A stretch of DNA of 64,000 bases, taken from positions 1,696,001-1,760,000 of the forward strand of contig OZ244621.1 in assembly GCA_965218425.1 (NCBI GenBank). Reading direction: 5' to 3'. The notes below the pieces were generated by a model, which saw only the letters and a program-made list of their open reading frames with translations, searched no databases and was not told where the DNA came from. Source of the stretch: an uncultured Candidatus Binatia bacterium. Lineage in GTDB: Bacteria; Desulfobacterota; Binatia; UBA9968; CAXXLF01. Positions 61,339-64,000 of this stretch are shown piece by piece. The translations under genes were made by a program, and so were the position numbers. Numbering within the stretch: the stretch's first letter is position 1; each line of letters opens with the position of its first letter.

Positions 61339-62910
61339 ATGGACACTGTGAAGATCAACATCGACGATCGGGAAATTGAAGCCGCCAAGGACAAGACGGT
61401 CATCCAGGCGGCTCTGGAGGCGGGAATCCAAATCCCCAACTACTGTTATCACCCGAAGCTCTCCATTGCCGGCAACTGCCGTATGTGTCTGGTGGAGATC
61501 GAAAAGATGCCCAGGCTCCAGATTGCCTGCAACACCCGAGTCGCTGACGGGATGGCGGTCAAGACACAGAGTCCCCAGGTCCTGGAAGCGAGAAGGGGTG
61601 TCATGGAGTTTCTCCTGATCAATCACCCGCTGGACTGCCCCATCTGCGACCAGGCGGGGGAATGCGGGCTCCAGGACTACTACATGCAACACTCCCTCGC
61701 CAGCAGTCGATTCGGTGAGAGAAAAGAACACGAACGCAAGAGGCAGGTCTTCGGTCCCAACGTTGTCTTTGACGCGGAGCGCTGTATCAAGTGTACCCGA
61801 TGCGTTCGATTCCTGGATGAGGTGACACGAACCCACGAGCTCACAGTGTTTAACCGGAGCGACGACTCCACCATTGCGCTTCTTCCCGGCAAGATACTCG
61901 ACAATCCCCTGTCCGCCAATGTGAACGACATCTGTCCCGTGGGGGCACTCACCGACCGCGACTTTCGCTTTAAAGTAAGGGTCTGGTATCTCAACACCGC
62001 TCCTTCCGTCTGCCCGGGTTGCAGCACGGGCTGTAACATAAACATCGAGACCCACCAAAATCGGATCGCTCGCTTCAAGCCTAGAATTAACGAAGCGGTC
62101 AATGAACACTGGATTTGCGATGAAGGACGCTACTGTTTCCATGACCTCACCGCAGGAGAGCGCCTCACCACCCCGCTGATCCGCCAGGAAGATGGGGAAT
62201 TAGCATCCACCGATTGGGACACCGCTATCCAAGCTACCTATCGGGGTTTAACCGGCGCCCGGACCCTTGCGGGCTTGATCTCCGGACGGAATACCAACGA
62301 GGAGGCCTTTCTCTGGGCGAAGTTCATGAAGTCAGCCTCACCTCAAGCCGTTCTGGAGGTTTTTTACCGGGAAAGAGAGCTCACCGAGGTGGAGAAGATA
62401 CTCAAGAGCCCCGACCGCAGCCCCAATTTTCGCGGAGTGAAAGAAATGGGGATAATCTCCGACGGCGGAATGGAACAATGGCGCGAGGAACTGCTTCAGG
62501 GAAACTTTGGTGCGGCTTACCTGATCGGCGAGGACGTGGTTTCTTCGTTCCCTGAGGCTGATAAAACACAAAGGGCCATAAAAGGGCTCTCCTTCCTTGT
62601 GGTGCAAGACACCCACATGACCCCAACGGCACGACTTGCCCACGTGGTTCTTCCGGGGACAAACTTCGCCGAAAAGGATGGAACCTATACCAACCGTAAG
62701 GGGAGAGTCCAGAGACTGCGCCCCGCCTTGGTAACCCCTCCAGGAGCGAGAACGGATCATGAAATCTTTAACCTCCTGTTGGCCCAAGGCGGGTATAATT
62801 CCGCGGGGCAAGCCCCGGAGCAAATTTTCCAACAGCTAACGAAAGAAATCGCTGGTTACCAAGACATGAGTTACGGCAGGATCGGGGGATCCGGCGCCCA
62901 GGTCCAATGA
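61339..62910 (+). CDS. nuoG: NADH-quinone oxidoreductase subunit G (short form, 523 aa)
   Basis: CYH..GNCRMC, HPLDCPICDQAGEC, CIKCTRC, CPGCSTGC. Confidence 0.93.
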   Translation: MDTVKINIDDREIEAAKDKTVIQAALEAGIQIPNYCYHPKLSIAGNCRMCLVEIEKMPRLQIACNTRVADGMAVKTQSPQVLEARRGVMEFLLINHPLDCPICDQAGECGLQDYYMQHSLASSRFGERKEHERKRQVFGPNVVFDAERCIKCTRCVRFLDEVTRTHELTVFNRSDDSTIALLPGKILDNPLSANVNDICPVGALTDRDFRFKVRVWYLNTAPSVCPGCSTGCNINIETHQNRIARFKPRINEAVNEHWICDEGRYCFHDLTAGERLTTPLIRQEDGELASTDWDTAIQATYRGLTGARTLAGLISGRNTNEEAFLWAKFMKSASPQAVLEVFYRERELTEVEKILKSPDRSPNFRGVKEMGIISDGGMEQWREELLQGNFGAAYLIGEDVVSSFPEADKTQRAIKGLSFLVVQDTHMTPTARLAHVVLPGTNFAEKDGTYTNRKGRVQRLRPALVTPPGARTDHEIFNLLLAQGGYNSAGQAPEQIFQQLTKEIAGYQDMSYGRIGGSGAQVQ

Positions 62911-62922
62911 TGCGGATCAACC

Positions 62923-64000
62923 ATGATCATTGAACTGAGTATCATTACAGCGAAGGTCGTTCTCGTCTTGTTCATGGTTTTGAACCTGGCCGGAATCATG
63001 GGGTGGGTGGAGAGAAAAGGCAGCGCTCTCATTCAGGACCGCATCGGCGCCAACCGAGCATCCGTATTCGGCTTTGCCGGACTCGGCCTGGTCAATACCT
63101 TACTCGCCGATCCCATCAAATTTCTCACTAAAGAAGATTTTATCCCACCCGGGGGGGACAGGGCTTTGCACACCCTGGCGCCCTGCCTGGCTCTATTCCC
63201 CGCCCTGGTGACCTTCGCGGTCATTCCTTTTGGCGACGTGCTGGTCATCGGCCAGAGAGTGATCAATCTTCAGGTGGCCAATATCAACGTTGGGCTCCTC
63301 TTTCTCTTCGCCTTCGCCTCGCTCGGGGTGTACGGCATCGTCATTGGCGCCTGGGCCTCAAACAACAAATTCTCCCTGTTGGGTGGAGTGAGGGGCTCGG
63401 CCCAGATGATCTCCTATGAAATTCCCATGGGACTCTCTGTGATGGGAATCTTAATGATCTATGAAACCCTGGAGTTGCAGACCATCGTCCGGGGTCAAGG
63501 AGATCTTCTGTGGGGTTGGCTTCCGGCCTGGGGCATCGTCCTGCAGCCCGTCGCTTTTATTCTATTTTTTACCGCTGCGGTTGCGGAATCCAAGAGGATC
63601 CCCTTTGATCTCCCGGAAGGGGAATCGGAGATCGTTGCCGGTTTCCACACGGAATACTCGGGAGGCAAATTTCTCATGTTCTTTGCCGCAGAATTCGCCG
63701 AGATGGTCACTGCCGCCGCCCTCATCGCCACTCTCTTCTTCGGCGGTTGGCAGGTGCCGTACCTCATGAGAGACGGTTTCCATTTTCCCGGGGGCGGGAC
63801 ATTGCTTCTCCCTCAACTTGCGGTGGTCCTTATGCAAGTGGGGGCCTTTACGGTTAAAGTCTTTTTCTTCTCCTGGCTGTTCATATTGTTGCGCTGGACC
63901 CTTCCCCGGTTCCGCTACGATCAGGTCATGCGACTGGGCTGGAAGATGCTCCTCCCCCTCGCCTTGCTCAATCTGATGGTGACCGCCGTGATTATTGTGG
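62923..64000 (+). CDS. nuoH: NADH-quinone oxidoreductase subunit H (second operon, runs off window)
   Basis: Read from DNA: ERKGSALIQDRIGANRA, SNNKFSLLGGVRGSAQMISYE, RIPFDLPEGESE, RWTLPRFRYDQ. Confidence 0.93.
   Translation, partial: MIIELSIITAKVVLVLFMVLNLAGIMGWVERKGSALIQDRIGANRASVFGFAGLGLVNTLLADPIKFLTKEDFIPPGGDRALHTLAPCLALFPALVTFAVIPFGDVLVIGQRVINLQVANINVGLLFLFAFASLGVYGIVIGAWASNNKFSLLGGVRGSAQMISYEIPMGLSVMGILMIYETLELQTIVRGQGDLLWGWLPAWGIVLQPVAFILFFTAAVAESKRIPFDLPEGESEIVAGFHTEYSGGKFLMFFAAEFAEMVTAAALIATLFFGGWQVPYLMRDGFHFPGGGTLLLPQLAVVLMQVGAFTVKVFFFSWLFILLRWTLPRFRYDQVMRLGWKMLLPLALLNLMVTAVIIV

Overview
A 64-kb chromosomal stretch of a Gram-negative bacterium; gene style is consistent with a deltaproteobacterium/Candidatus Binatia-like organism (inference only). 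In order: (1) a truncated aminotransferase, then an iron-acquisition cluster (DtxR/MntR-type regulator divergent from FutA/FutB-like ABC genes lacking an ATPase, a cytochrome c-FTR1 permease fusion, and a GC-richer unit encoding a Cys-rich periplasmic protein, ExbB, two ExbD and TonB with no receptor); (2) a fully bounded complex I-like operon nuoA-C-D-H-I-J-K-L-M-N lacking nuoB and nuoEFG; (3) PadR plus a heterodimeric ABC exporter, a diheme-type cytochrome c with a contracted CxCH motif and a 4,5-dihydroxyphthalate decarboxylase-like protein; (4) housekeeping ispG, proS, pyrF, ribB(X), glpK; (5) a plastic zone with a panE-like remnant, TetR-MFP-RND efflux genes, an IS110 remnant, a permease, MlaC and small ORFs; (6) an aromatic-catabolism operon (Rieske oxygenase, LigB-type dioxygenase, ACMSD-like amidohydrolase, bicupin, frameshifted EutA-like protein without eutBC); (7) usp, nitrilase-family hydrolase, nadA, a CDF transporter, groES-groEL; (8) the start of a second complex I operon nuoA-C-D-E-F-G-H, also without nuoB in the visible part. 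No rRNA, tRNA, CRISPR array or intact transposase was recognised. Best candidates for undescribed biology: the Rieske/LigB/ACMSD/cupin/EutA module, the two nuoB-less complex I operons, a two-hairpin kissing-loop element at 24.45-24.54 kb, the CxCH cytochrome, and repeated near-leaderless promoters. All calls come from motif recognition by eye; no database searches were run.
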